From contig NW_005201381.1 of NCBI RefSeq assembly GCF_000372725.1, positions 121,953-185,952 on the forward strand: a stretch of DNA of 64,000 bases, given 5' to 3'. This stretch comes from Emiliania huxleyi CCMP1516 (lineage: Eukaryota). Positions 49,097-61,485 of the stretch are shown piece by piece (the stretch's first letter is position 1; the number at the start of each line of letters is the position of its first letter). Both the position numbers and the translations under genes were made by a program. The notes below the pieces were generated by a model. The model was not told the origin of the DNA and made no database searches. It saw only the letters and a list, made by a program, of their open reading frames with translations.

Positions 49097-49718
49097 TGAG
49101 CTCAGGTCCGCGTTGGAGGCGGGCACGAGCGCAGTGAGGCCGTCCATCTCCTTGGTCAGCACAACACACGACGCCAGCCGCGAGCTGCGCGGAGCGGGGG
49201 CGTGCAGTCGGGTCTCGGGCGGTGGGGGAGACACGCTGTGACGCTGCTCCCACTCCCCGTGCATTCGCGCTGCTCGGCGCGCACTTGGGCTGCACGTGAT
49301 CGGCGGCGCTGGCATCGAGGAGCTCCTGCTCCTGCCAGCTGCACGGGCCAACCTTCTCAAAGTCGGCCACCGGAAGCACAATGTGGTCCTCGACTGAGCC
49401 GGGACCCTCGCCGAGCGTCACATAGTCCCAGGGCGAGTCGGCGCGCGCGCCGTGCAGGGGCAGCCCGTGGTGCTTTGCCGTCTCCAGCAGCGTCCAGCCG
49501 ACCATTCCCGCCACCGTCACTCGCTTCTTGTGCTTCTCAAAGATGAAGTTGACCTTGAGCCTGCGGGCGGGCGCGGAGGGCGGCGCGGCGTGTCGGCGCG
49601 GGGCTCGGCGCGGCAGCACAGGCGGCAGGGAGCGGCGCGCTGGGGCGGGAGCTCACGAGCTGTCGGCGACGGTCGCGAGACGCCGCACAGCCGCGCCGCG
49701 CCGAGCAAAGCCTAACAT
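49097..49718 (-). CDS. Mitochondrial adrenodoxin-fold ferredoxin-like protein lacking canonical 2Fe-2S cysteines; last exon uncertain
   Basis: Presequence MLGFARRGAAVRRLA; KVNFIF...VTVAGMVGWTLLETAKHHGLPL; EQELLD; NSRLASCVVLTKEMDGLTALVP. Confidence 0.8.
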
Positions 49719-50425
49719 TTTTCGCTGCCCGGCTCGGTTCAAGAAGAAAACCATCCCAGACAACACAGAACACCAGCGGAGCCCGGTCGGCTCCATCCCC
49801 ACGCCCCACTTCGCCGCCTGCCAAATCCGTGTGGGGGCGCCTGGCACCGCGGCGCGATTAATTCTTTAAGTGAGTTGTTGTAGTAGCAATCCTGGTCTGC
49901 GCTGAGTCCTGAGACGCAAGGATTGCGAGGAGTGCTGCTCACAGCCCCTAGTGCGAGACAGAATGTAGGTAGGTAGGTAGGTAGCAAGGTAGGAAGGTGA
50001 AGAACAGTCAGGCTCGGACTGGACACCAGCGCGGTATGGGTGGACGCGGGACAGGACACAGGAGAGTTGACTGACGGCACGCGTGAACGACACACACACA
50101 CACACAAGCCGTCACAAGACACTCAGCCATCTGGGCTGCCACACATCACGAGTAAGCGTACGGCACTACGCCACTCGCGGCCACGTCCCCCCCGTCGCCC
50201 CCCCCAGCACCCAACCGAGCCCCAAGAGGCGGCTAAGGCACAAACAACAGCACAACATCACAGACAGGCGCGACAGGGCACGCGACGTGTGAGACTAGAG
50301 CAGGACTACAGCAGGCTGCTCCGCCTCTAGCAAACTCGCCGGCTGGCGGGGCACGGACGAGCACGCGTGTGGGTTCTTGTGAGGTGTCTATTGGACGCTC
50401 CCTCGCGAGCGAGCGACGTATGGGT

Positions 50426-52094
50426 AATTTGGCCTGTGCGCGTTATTCTCGAATATCTTTGAGAATATAGAAGGTCCCGCGCACTTTCATATTCGAGAAT
50501 ATTCTCGAGAACATAGATGCCCCGGCCGGCTTTTCCCTCAAGAATATACGAGCTTTCCGCAGCCCTTGCTGAGGGAGGGTGTAGAGGATGTAGAGTGTAG
50601 AGCGCTGTAGAGCTGTAGAGATGTAGAGCGCTCTGGAGCGCTGTAGAGCTGTAGAGCTCTAAATCCGGCGCGTGACGATGTGAGTCCGATGTAGAGCGAT
50701 GTAGAGCGCGATTTTGTTGTAGAGTTTGTTGTAGAGGCTCTACAGCCAAACCGCCGGGAAGGCAGTTAACTCAAAGAGGTCGATCCGCGCTAATGGGGTG
50801 TCTCCGAGCTTACTGGAGCTCTGATGGACGGCCCTGACTATCCCTGACACACAGAGAGTCACTCTGACGGCACACAACACCCTATAACTGCGTCATGACC
50901 AGCCTGCCATGCGTCGCCGGTGCCGCATTCGTCGCAGTGCTTCTTTAGCAGGCGGTGGACTGTCGGCTGCGAGGACGGTCGCATTTGCGCGAGGCGAGGC
51001 GAGCATTGCTGCGCATTGCATGCGCCATGACTCGCGCCAGCGCGTGCGGGAGCTCCTGGCTGAGCGTTGAGTCCAGGCGAGTTGCGCTGGCCACGATCGT
51101 AACGCCGAGCCGAGCTGACGCGCCGAGGCGCCGGTCAGTCGCAGCCGTGAGGCATGTCACTGCAGCAGAGGCACCTGCCACCCATTGGGCGGGCAGACAG
51201 AAGGCCAGGGCAGCACTGGCAAGCGCAACGCGCCTCATGTCGGAGAGCGACCGTGCCTCGTTCGCCGCTTATGATGTAGAGTTTGTTGAGCACTTGAGCA
51301 CTGGATAGGGTCGATTCCGCATGGTACGGGACCCCTCGATCGTCTCGCCCACCCTCACTGGTGTGTTCATTGGGGGGGGTCATAACAAACACGGTACAGG
51401 ATCGAGGTGCACGCTGCCGAAGCAGTGTCGTCCCCCCTCTCCCCGACGGCGATGGCGGTGTGACCGATCGAGCTACAAGAGGAGCTTGTTCAGCAGGATC
51501 CGGGATAGTCAGATGCACTACTAGAGTTTGTTGTTGTATGATAGTAGTGTGGCAGTCTGGTCGGAGGGCGCCCGGGTCGCCCCGGAGCGGCCCCGCGCGG
51601 GGAGGTGGGTGGAGGGCGGGCACCACGCCATCGGGCAGGCCACGCGGGGACGCAGCCGGGGCCAGCGCGCGGCGCTAGAGGAGAGATTTCACGTTGTAGA
51701 GCGCCTCTACATCGCTCTACATCGGACTCACATCGTCCCGCGCCGGATGTAGAGCTCTACAGCTCTACAGCGCTCCAGAGCGCTCTCTCTACATCTCTAC
51801 ATCTCTATACCGCACAGTAGGTTTCAGGTCGAGAGAGAGAGATATTTTAGAAACCAGGTCGATGCCGACTGAAATCTTTAAGTTTTGGAGGTTCTGGAGC
51901 GGGTTTGGGAGCGACTTTTGGCACTTTGGAGCGATTTTTGGCCTCCGAGCTCCGTCGACCTGTCGGTCGAAATATTCTCCGTTTGTTGTAATATTCTCAT
52001 TATTCGAGAATATTCTCGAGAATATAGAGGGTCGGGGAGAATATATGCAAAAGATAGATAGTACTGGGCGAGAATAACGCGCACAGGCTAAATT
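50426..52094. mobile_element. Possible composite or nested inverted-repeat element
   Basis: Outer IR 25/26 identical (50426-50451 vs 52069-52094) with gagaatattctc-rich subtermini; inner ~80-bp GTAGAG-rich IR (50625-50706 vs 51705-51786). Confidence 0.55.
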
Positions 52095-53000
52095 GGGTAT
52101 GCCAGCCCGTGCTGCGGAGCAGCCTCGCCATTCGGAGCCGCATTCCGCCGGCACCGTCCTTGAGAGATTTTTAGAAGACAAAAAATCTGCACTCACAGTG
52201 ACTTGGGCTCGGCAGCTTGTTCCTTGAGTGCGCCCCGCCGTGGCGAGACGCACTCGACGAGGACGGCTTCGCCGGCGGTACCGAGTCGCACAGGCCGGCA
52301 ACAGTTGCAGCGAGGTGTGTGTGTGTGTACGAGGCGCCGCTTCGACGAAGCGAGGTTGGTAGGCGAGAGTCTGTCTGCGGGGCTTACGAGTCGCGCTGTT
52401 TGTTATGACCCCCCCCAATGAACACACCAGTGAGGGAGGGCGAGACGATCGAGGGGTCCCGTACCAAGGTACCATGCGGAATCGACCCTATCAAGTGCTC
52501 AAGTGCTCAAGAGTCTGCGGTAGGTAGGTAGGTAGGTAGGTAGAAAGGTGAAGAACAGCCAGGCTCGGACTGGACACCAACGCGGTATGGGTGGACGCTA
52601 GACAGATGATGACGACACGCACGAGCGACACACAGACACAAACAGGCTCACAAGACACACAGCCAGCGGGCTGCCACACACCCTGAGTAGGCGTACACAT
52701 AACTCAAGGCCACATCCTCCCTGTCGCCCCCCCCTGCACTGCGTTCGAGTCGCGCTGAGTAAAAAAAATTGTGCGTGTCACGGCGTGGAGACACTCGACG
52801 ATCGCGCAGTCCTCGAGTTTACGCCTTGGCCCCATCAATCCTCTCGATACTCCGAGCTTGTTCGCGCGCCCTGCACAGCGCCGCGGCGGCGACCTTTCGC
52901 ACACCCACGCCCCTTCTCCTCCCTCCGCCCGCGGCAGCGTGCCTCGCAGCCACGCACGCCTCCGACCGCCGTCGCCGGTGCCCCACCGCCACAGGCTCTA

Positions 53001-56000
53001 ATGGCCCATGCCCCCCACGGTCAGATGGAGCACGCCCCAACCGGGCGGGATTACGCGCCGCACATTGTGTGGAACGTCGTCACCCGTGCGCGCCGCCTCC
53101 CCCGCATACCCCCCCCCCCCCCACACACACCCACACATAAACTCAGCTCCGCCGCCACTGCCCGCTGCTGCAGATGATCTCGCACGGCCAGATCCGGCGC
53201 GCAGACTTCGCCGCCGGCCGACGCACAGACATAGCGTCGCAGGCGGCGATCCGGGCGGGGCAGCCCCAGGCGATCCAGTGCCAGCCCGGACTTGCCGCTC
53301 CGGGCACCGCCGTGTCGGTATCCGCCCCTAGAAGCGGATACGTGCTTTTGTGATCCGCGTATTCGGCTGTATTCGTACCCCGCATCTTCACGCGTTGCTC
53401 TGAATCCTCTGCACAATGTCGTATTCCCGCCCTAAGGTTGGCGTATCCGATATGTAGGTCTCCGCCCCGCCGAACCCGGGTGCTGCGGTTGACGTGTCGG
53501 TCCCTGCCGGTGGCGCTCAGCAGACGGAAGCGGCGCAGCAGCAGCTGGCACTGCAGCAGCAGCAGCAGGCTTTGCAGCAGCAGCAGTTGGCACTGCAGCA
53601 GCAGCAGCAGGCATCGCAGCTCTCGATGGCCCTCCCGATGGCGATGCAGCAGCAGCAGGCGATGGCGCAGCAGCAGCGCGCCATGGTGCAGCAGCAGGTG
53701 GCGCACCCACCCCGCTACCCCCCACTCGGCCTCCAACCTAGCTTCTTTGCCCGATCCCCGCCACATTGCGCCTCCTTTCCCAACTAAAGGGGGCTGACCC
53801 CCCCCCCCCCCCCCGTTCAGCCCGGCGGCGCCGCCGCCGTCGCTGTCAGCGCCCCCCCTCCGGGTGGCGGCCCTCCGGGTGGGATTCCCGCGTCCGGGCT
53901 ACCCCCAGGGTACGGTCTCGGGCCCGAGGCGCTGGCTGCGGCCAGCGTCGCGGCCAGCGTCGCGGCCAGCGTCGCAGGCGGCGCCCCGGCGGCGTGCGCC
54001 CCTCCGGCCATGGTGCCCGGAGCACGCCCCCCTCGGCGGTGCCTCGGCTACTCCTCGGCGTCACCACGTGTGCGCTCCGGCTGCAGGCGCAACCGGGCCA
54101 GTTGGCGCAGCTGGGCTACGCCGACCCGCGCTTCTACCACGGCATGATGCCGACGCTGCCGGCCATGGCCACAGCGGTGCATTACCCCCCCGGCTACCCG
54201 GGGGCGTGCTTGGGCGCCTACCCCGCCCCGGGCCACCCCCCCGCGGCGGCGCAGTGGCCGCCGCCGCCTGCTGGTTTCGGATCATTCGCTTTTGCGCCGC
54301 CGTCCGCCAGCAGCGGTGGGATGCCACCCACAAGCGGCGGGATGCCGCCCACAGCGATGCGGCTGGTCGCACCGCCGCCGCCGGCGGCTCCGCCGACAAT
54401 GGCGCCTGCGCCGGCCGTGGGCAGTAGTGCGCCGGGCTCGGCGTTGCCGGCGATTTCGCCGCAGCGGCCGCTGCCGCAGCCGATGCCGGCGCCTGTCCTG
54501 CCGACCGTGCCGACTGTGCCGGCGCCGGCTGTCACGCCGGGGCGACTCCCACCCCTCGAGAACCGCATCGCCGATGCCAGCCCGCCCGCCGCCGAGCAGC
54601 CACCCGCCTCCGTCGCGAGTGCGATCGCGGCCGCAAAAAGCGCGGCCCCAAAAAGCGCGGCCCCAAAAGGCGCGGCCCCGCCCGCGCTCGCGCCGTCGGC
54701 GTCCGCCGAGTCTGAGGGTGTGGACGAGGGGGCGGCGGCGGCGCTTCGCGCATTGGCTGGCGCCGGCGCGTCCTCTGCGCTCGTGGCCGCCTCGCCGGCG
54801 GCGGCCGGCGGCGAGACTTGCGCCTATCCCAACTACCCGCCGCCGCCGCCTTGCGGCAACAGTGGGCTCGCGGCGGACCGGTGGCAGCCATCGGCGGGCG
54901 ACGTGATGTTGCTCGAGCGCGTCTTCGAGATGGAGCCGCTGCCGTGCCGCGCCACCCGCGAGCAGCTGGCGACGCACTTCAGCATCACCTCGCGGCAGGT
55001 GCAGGTCTGGTTCCAAAACAAGCGTCAGCGCGTGCGCGTGCGGGCGGCCCGGGACGGGTTGCTGCCCCCCCCTGGCCAGCCGCTCGAGAAGCGGCCTGCC
55101 GAGCCCAGCGACGCTGTCGGAGGGGGCGGTGGAGGGAGCGGTGGCGGCGGCGAGGCGGCGAGGGGTAGCGGCGGGGGCGAGGCCAAGGGCCAAGGGTTGG
55201 CGGCGAGCGCGGGCGGCGGCGCCCGCAGCGGCGGCGCCACCGGCCGTCCGACGCGAGAGGAATCGGCGAGCGAGTCCGCGCTCGACGGCTTGGTCGCACT
55301 CTTTGACCCCGCGGCGCGCGTGGCGCGGACGACCAGCGGTGGCCGCGAGATCTACCATCTCAAGACGGCCGCGTCAGGCGAGGGGGGCAGCGAGCAGGGC
55401 GCCTCGAGCGGGTCGGACTTGGTCAAGGCGGTGCAGGCGCGGCTCAAGCCCGCCGCCTTCGACCAGGGGCGGCTGCAGCCTAGGGCTGGCCACCACGGCC
55501 CCGCTCTGACGCCAAAGCTGAAGCTGCAACCGCGCGGCAGGGGCGCGGGCAAGCTGGGCGAGGGGGGCGCGTCCTCCCTGAGCCACGCCGAGGTGATGCG
55601 CCGGCTCGCTGCGATGGGCTGCTGTGAGAAGGACCCGCTCTGCACCCGCGGCTTCAAGCACGGGGGCAAGGGCGGGCCCTGTTCGCGCAAGCGCGTGCGC
55701 GCGGGCGCCGATGCACCCGCCACCGCGGCCGGCGGTGGGGCGGAGGCGGATGGCGGCGGCGACGGCGACGGCGACGGCGAGCCGCGGCTGCTCCTCGAGG
55801 CATGGGCCGAGGTGTTGCGCAAGTGCGAGGAGTCGGCCGACTGGATGCCGAGTCGCGTCCTGATCCAGCGCTGCCTCAACGCGGACGGCGTGAGCGCCGA
55901 GGCGGCCAAGCGCATCAAGCAGCTCCTCGAGCGGTGCGTTGCTGAACCCGACAACGAGCGTTCCCGTTCCTCGCTGCACAGGGTGCTCCTCGCCACGGGT

Positions 56001-56698
56001 CGGCCGATCGTCGCGCGGGCACCCGCCGGTTGGGGGTCGTCTGACAGCGAGAGCGACGAAGGCGGCGGCGGCGGTGGCGGCGGCGGCGGCGGCGGCGGGG
56101 TGGGGACGTACGAGGCAGCGAGGCTCGCGCCAGGGGACATTGGCCAGTGCGCGAAGGCGGGCTGGCGACGTTCACACGGAGTGCGCATGGAGGCGGTGGT
56201 TCTCACGGTCCGCGCGCACATGCGCTGTAGGACCCGCTGTGCACGCGCGGCTACAAGCATTGCGGCAAGGGGGGCCGCTGCTCGCACGCGCCCCGGCAGG
56301 CAACCTTCCTGCCGCGCCTCAACCGCAGGTGGCGGGGCAGCGAGATCGTGCCCGCCGCCGGCTCGGCTGCCGGCGCGGGGGACGGCGAGCCGGGTTTGCC
56401 CAAGAGGCAGGCCGTGGCGGCCGGCACGGACGTGGCAGGCCCCCCGACAAGCGCGAGTGGCGCCAGCGGGGCTGAGATCACAGAGGCGCCAGCCTCCGGC
56501 GAGAGCGCCGACGGCGCCTCCGAGCCCGGGGGCGGCTCGGGTGGGTCTAGCTCTGAGGGCTCCGGCGAGGAGGGGAGCTCGGATGAGTCGAGCTCAGAAT
56601 CGGAGGACGACGACGATCGCGAGCTGGTGGAAGAGTCGCCGATGGAGGAGAGCCCCCCCCGCCGCCCCCCCACCTCAGACAGCTCCCCGAGCCCTTGA
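53001..56698 (+). CDS. Homeodomain transcription factor with poly-Q/Pro-rich N-terminus and two C-x4-C-x5-H-x6-C motifs; multi-exon, start uncertain
   Basis: LLERVFEMEPLPCRATREQLATHFSITSRQVQVWFQNKRQRVR (~54907-55040); CEKDPLCTRGFKHGGKGGPC and spliced CAKDPLCTRGYKHCGKGGRC. Confidence 0.85.
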
Positions 56699-57656
56699 CC
56701 ACCGCTCGGCGGTCCATCGCAGGAGGCGCCAGCTTTGTTGGACGGGGGCGACAGCGAGCAGTAATTCGAGGCGGCGTAACTCGGCCTAGGTCGAATGCGA
56801 ATAGTTTCGCACCGTGAACGCACCAACCATCCGCCACGCGCGAAAGACCGGGGCGATGCACCTTCTGAGTCTGTACTTTTCTCCTCGTGTTGCTTTGTAC
56901 TTCACCCTTGCGCTTGTGTCCCCCCGCGCGGGTCGTACTACAGGACGCGCGTTTGGGCAACGACTTGTGTGAACACGCGCGATATACACATATTTACTCT
57001 CTCGCTACATTCAAATGAGTTCCGCACACGCACAGCCGGCTGCGCGCTGCGGGCCCCCATGACCCGCACACCCGCGCCGCCACCTCCGGCGCTCCGCCCG
57101 AGACCCTCCGTTCACGGCTATGCTAGAATGCTTAAAGCCGTACGTACCCAGAGGAACCCAGTACGACTTTTTTTTGCGACTAGAGAGAAGGTATAATATA
57201 AAGGGTTAGTCAAGGTAAACCAATTATAAATTTCTCTTGCGACTAGTCCCCCGCGCCGCCCCGCTTTCGGAGTCCACAGCCAATCGACAGGACTTTTGCA
57301 TCTCACGCCGCCCGTGCTGCGGTGTGCGCGCACAGCTCTTGAGCGCTCGCTATCTATGGATGGCCGTCTGGCGCGGGCGGGTGGGGGTGGGTGCGTGCGA
57401 TATCCCTCTTTGTCGTGTACGTACTTCTGTCGTCTGTGCACACGGTCGTTCTCTTCTTGTCGTACGTCAAGTCTCGCATCGCTCATTTCACAAATGGGCG
57501 CAACTACGCCATAAGAACGTCCGAGTAGCAAGCGCACATTCGCCTATATCAAAGGTAGCTCGCCGAAACGGCCGGTCCCTTTTATCCAACCGAGTTTGTT
57601 GGCGCTAGCGCTCCAAGTTTGTCAAGAGGGCGCACGGCCAGGCGGAGCGGCGGACC

Positions 57657-60600
57657 ATGCTCGGCCTGCTGCTGCCGTTGGCCGCGCCGGCACAGGTGAG
57701 GCACGCAGCATGGTTCGACCATGGGCTGTTCTCCGCCTGCGAGGGAGGGTCGTACCCAAAGGGACTGCTCATCGACTTGAACAAGGAGAGGAGTGACGGC
57801 GGCGCGACAGTAAACAACCTCGGCGGCTACAAGGGCGTTGATGCTGGGGCGTGCGCCCCAATCTCCGCCGAGACGTTCACCCCAGGCGAGTGCGGCAGCT
57901 GCGGCTGCGGCTGCCCCGATTGCGGCCCCCCCTCCAGTGATCCAAAAGAGATGGTGCTCGGCCGAGTCGTACACGTCTTTGATGGCAGTGGGCTGAGCCC
58001 GAGTCAGGAGCTAGACCTGGTCATCACAAACATGACCACGTACATGCCGTGGACTTCAGCGGCCAACCGCGCGGTTGGCACCTTTGGCGAGATCAGCGTG
58101 GCCGCGAATACCGAGACCAAATTCCGCTTTTCGTTCCGGGACCCCGACACGGGGGAAGAAGTCGCAGTCGAGGCAGGTGACGTGATTCCCACTGCACCAG
58201 CGAGCGCCCCAGTTGCCCGACGTCCCTAGCCTGATCTGTGCCTCCCCCCCCCCCCCCCCCCCTGCGCTGCTTAGGCTACGAGTTTTGCTACATGGACTTT
58301 GACACGGGGCCCCAGCCGAACAATCTCAACGAGGAAATGAGGCTCTGTGGTTTCGACAATTACTTCTCGCACGGCAAGCTCCCAACGTATTCGACGACCA
58401 AGGATTACTTGTGCGAGAATATCCCAACGGCAGATTACATTCGCTTCACCGAAGAATCGAACGGCTGTCTCACAGCAGTCGCTCTGAAGGAGGGCAAGGG
58501 GTCGGACAACCCCAAAACGTGGAGCGATATTCTAATGAACCTCGACTCCTCAGGAGATGGCGATGGCCGCTTTGCCACGGAGATACTGCTGGGATCGTCC
58601 GGTCTTACGTGCGCGGACTACGACAAATGCCCCGCATCCGGACAGTCCGGATACAAACGCAAACTCATCGCGGACGACATAATCGAGTGCACCCCTGGCA
58701 CGACGCACCCCCAGGCTGGCGTCTACCCAAATGGCCAGGGCCCGTCCGGGGTGATCGGAGAGGACCCGTTGCGCTACACGCTGCCCAAGTTCTTCTGCGC
58801 GCAGTACCCCGGCGGGACGAGTGGCTTTGAGGTCACCTACAAAGTCGGGCCGAGTGATTCGGGCATGTTTGGCAGAAACTTTGTCTTCGGCGGCACGGGG
58901 GCACCAAGCTCCTGCGAGCTGGTGCGCCTCCCCGCCCTCACTAAATCCCCCCCCCGTCCCTGACCCCGCCCATATCCCTGAATCGCGGGGGGGACTCCCC
59001 CCCCCCCCCCCCCCACCCCCACTCCGACGCACGCCATGGTCTCCGCGTTGGCCTCTCACATCCCAGCCACGCTGCTAGGCGTGCGAATCAACTGGATCGC
59101 CCGAGAAAGTGATCTTCGTCATCATACACGGGGCAATCGGCAACGAGTTCTGGAACACATGGTATGAAGGGGCGTACAATGCCTTGCCGCCGAACACGGC
59201 CGCCAAGCTCGTCTACCTGCGCACTGGCTACAGCATCCCCGCAACGGCGAATTACCTCGACCGAGCGTGCTCGGAGGCCGACGGCGTCATCATCAGTGTC
59301 CCATACGCGGATGAGGCGAGTCGAAGATCTATCGCAGACAGGATCAATTCGTGCCTAGAACAAAAGCCCGACAAGCCATACCTCCTCACCAACACCGACA
59401 CCGCCTATGATATGACCGAGTACTTTTCTTCCGGCAGCCGGCTGTCGGCGACGTTTGACGGGTACATTGGCAGCGCCAACTATGACATGGGCACCACCTG
59501 CGCCATCCTCGCGGTCACAAAGAGCATGGACTCCGCCATGTCGGGCGTCCTGCCGACCGCAGATGCTGTTGATTCATCGATGAAGATCGCCGTCTACTGG
59601 TCCGAAAACGAGCAGGACAACGCAGGCATCGAACAGCGAAAAGAGGGCATCTACCAGGCGGTGCAACAGATTGGCGGCATGGACCTGGTCAAGGTGGGAA
59701 CGACCGTGAGCGAGATCAGGCCTCTCTCACTCTCAGGGCACTACGTAATCGCCCTGGGAACGGGGGCGGCGTCGGAGCTGCAACAGGCTGGGGTGTCGGT
59801 AGACTTGCAGTGTGGCGACGACGTCGATCGCGGGCAGCTGTCATTCTACGGGCAGTCGACTTACACGCAGGGCCTGCAGGCGGCCGGGCAAATGTACGCG
59901 TATCTGATCCGGCCAACGGACGGCTTTGGCGAAGAGGGTTCGCCATCAGCCAACTTGCTGCCCGGGGCGCCGCAGCAGACGGTGGGAGTCGTCGGGGTCG
60001 ACAGCGGCGAGTACGAGGTCGTGAGCCCCCCATACGAGCCAGCTTTCCAGCAGCCTAGCTGCCCGCTGAAGTTGGCCGTGATCACGCACGCTCCGACCAC
60101 CGACGACATCCCGCCCAGCCCCCGCAAAGACGCGGACACCTTTTGGGAGATATGGTACGTGGGCTCCGAGGACTCAAAGCAGGACTTTGACATGACTTGG
60201 TACGCCTTGGGCAGTGATGCCGCCAGCATTGCCTCCGAGATGGCGAAGGAGTGCGACCTGGCCGACGCCATTGTAATAACGGTGCCCTTCGAAGAAGGAT
60301 CATCGAACTACACCACGGTCGATAACGCAATCAAGGCCTGCCAGGACAAGAGACCCTACCTGCCCATCGTGACGACCAACACAGACACGTACCACAACCC
60401 CAAGGTGATCAGCTACGTCGGCTCGGACAATTTCCACATCGGGAAGATGTGTTCGTACGCGGCCTTTAGCGCCGACCCGCAGGTGTTCCTTGGCATCACG
60501 GAGCCCACGCCCTCTGCCGATTTGATTGAATCCACCTACATCATCGCGTACGTTCCGGCAGTCGACTCGCAGAACCCCAGCGTCCTGCGGCGCTTTGAGG

Positions 60601-61485
60601 GAATCGTGGAGCGGCTGAAAGAGATGGGATTCCCGGAAGGCACTGCGGTGAAGGCCACCAGCGTGGAGTTTGTGGAATCCTCTAAACGCGCAAGCAACAA
60701 GGACAATGTCAAGATCATATCCCTCACCTTCGGCGGGCTGGCAGACCTTGCGTGCGAGACTGGGGTCACCTGCGACACAAAGGCCGACTTCTCCTGCGGA
60801 GACAACCTCGGCTCAACTGACTACTACGGGCAGCACGTCTGGTCGCAGGGCGCAGGTGCTGTCATGCAGGCGCTCACCGCCGCACGTGCCAAGTGGATCG
60901 GCGCCGTGGGAAATGCGGACTCCGTTCAAAAGCCGGTCGGTGTCCAAGCACCGGCGCAAGAGAGGGCGCCTTTCTACGACCCATTCTCGTACTCGCAAGA
61001 CAAGGGCGACTACGGCCTCCGATATAAGTGTACCGCAGGGACGTTCCCTGTGGGCATCTCGCTCGAATTCGACGTCGCGACTGAGTTCATCAACAACCTC
61101 GGTGGCATCCCCGGCGGACCTACCGTGGAGTGCACGGTCGAAGCGAGTGATGGGATCTACCCGCCCGGCGGACCGGACGCCGACTGCCCCTGCGGCTGCG
61201 GCTGCGTGTGCTCGGACCCCAGTAGCACCCTTCCGAAAGAGCTTCGGTATAAAGCGGCTGGCAAGTACTACGACGGCAAGAGCCACGAACCGATGGAGTT
61301 CGACTTGGTGTTGACGAACCTCACGCACTACAAGCCATTCAACTCCAAGTCGAACGGCCGGGGTCTCGCGGATGTAGACGGTCTATACGAGCACTCGTTT
61401 GCCGACGTCTCCATGGCCGCGGGCACAGACACCACCTTCCTGCTCACGGCAGTATTTGAAGGTGGCGATATCAACGAGCCAGAGC
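57657..61485 (+). CDS. Secreted multidomain protein: Cys-rich 'NNLGG' domain, two periplasmic sugar-binding-protein-like domains, then a second NNLGG domain that appears truncated; introns 58177-58274 and 58922-59078
   Basis: Signal-like MLGLLLPLAAPA; repeated NNLGG..CGCGC..PKE..(L/F)DLV.TN.T.Y.P; IIHGAIGNEFWNTWYEGA..ADGVIISVP..TNTD..YIGSANYDMG..QRKEGI and ITHA..TFWEIWYVGS..ADAIVITVP..PIVTTNTD..YVGSDNFHIG..RRFEGI. Confidence 0.8.

Noticed and set aside
59109..60900. Bacterial contamination as the source of the sugar-binding domains
   Set aside because: The domains are spliced in frame to upstream exons via GT-AG introns and fused to eukaryote-style Cys-rich repeats.
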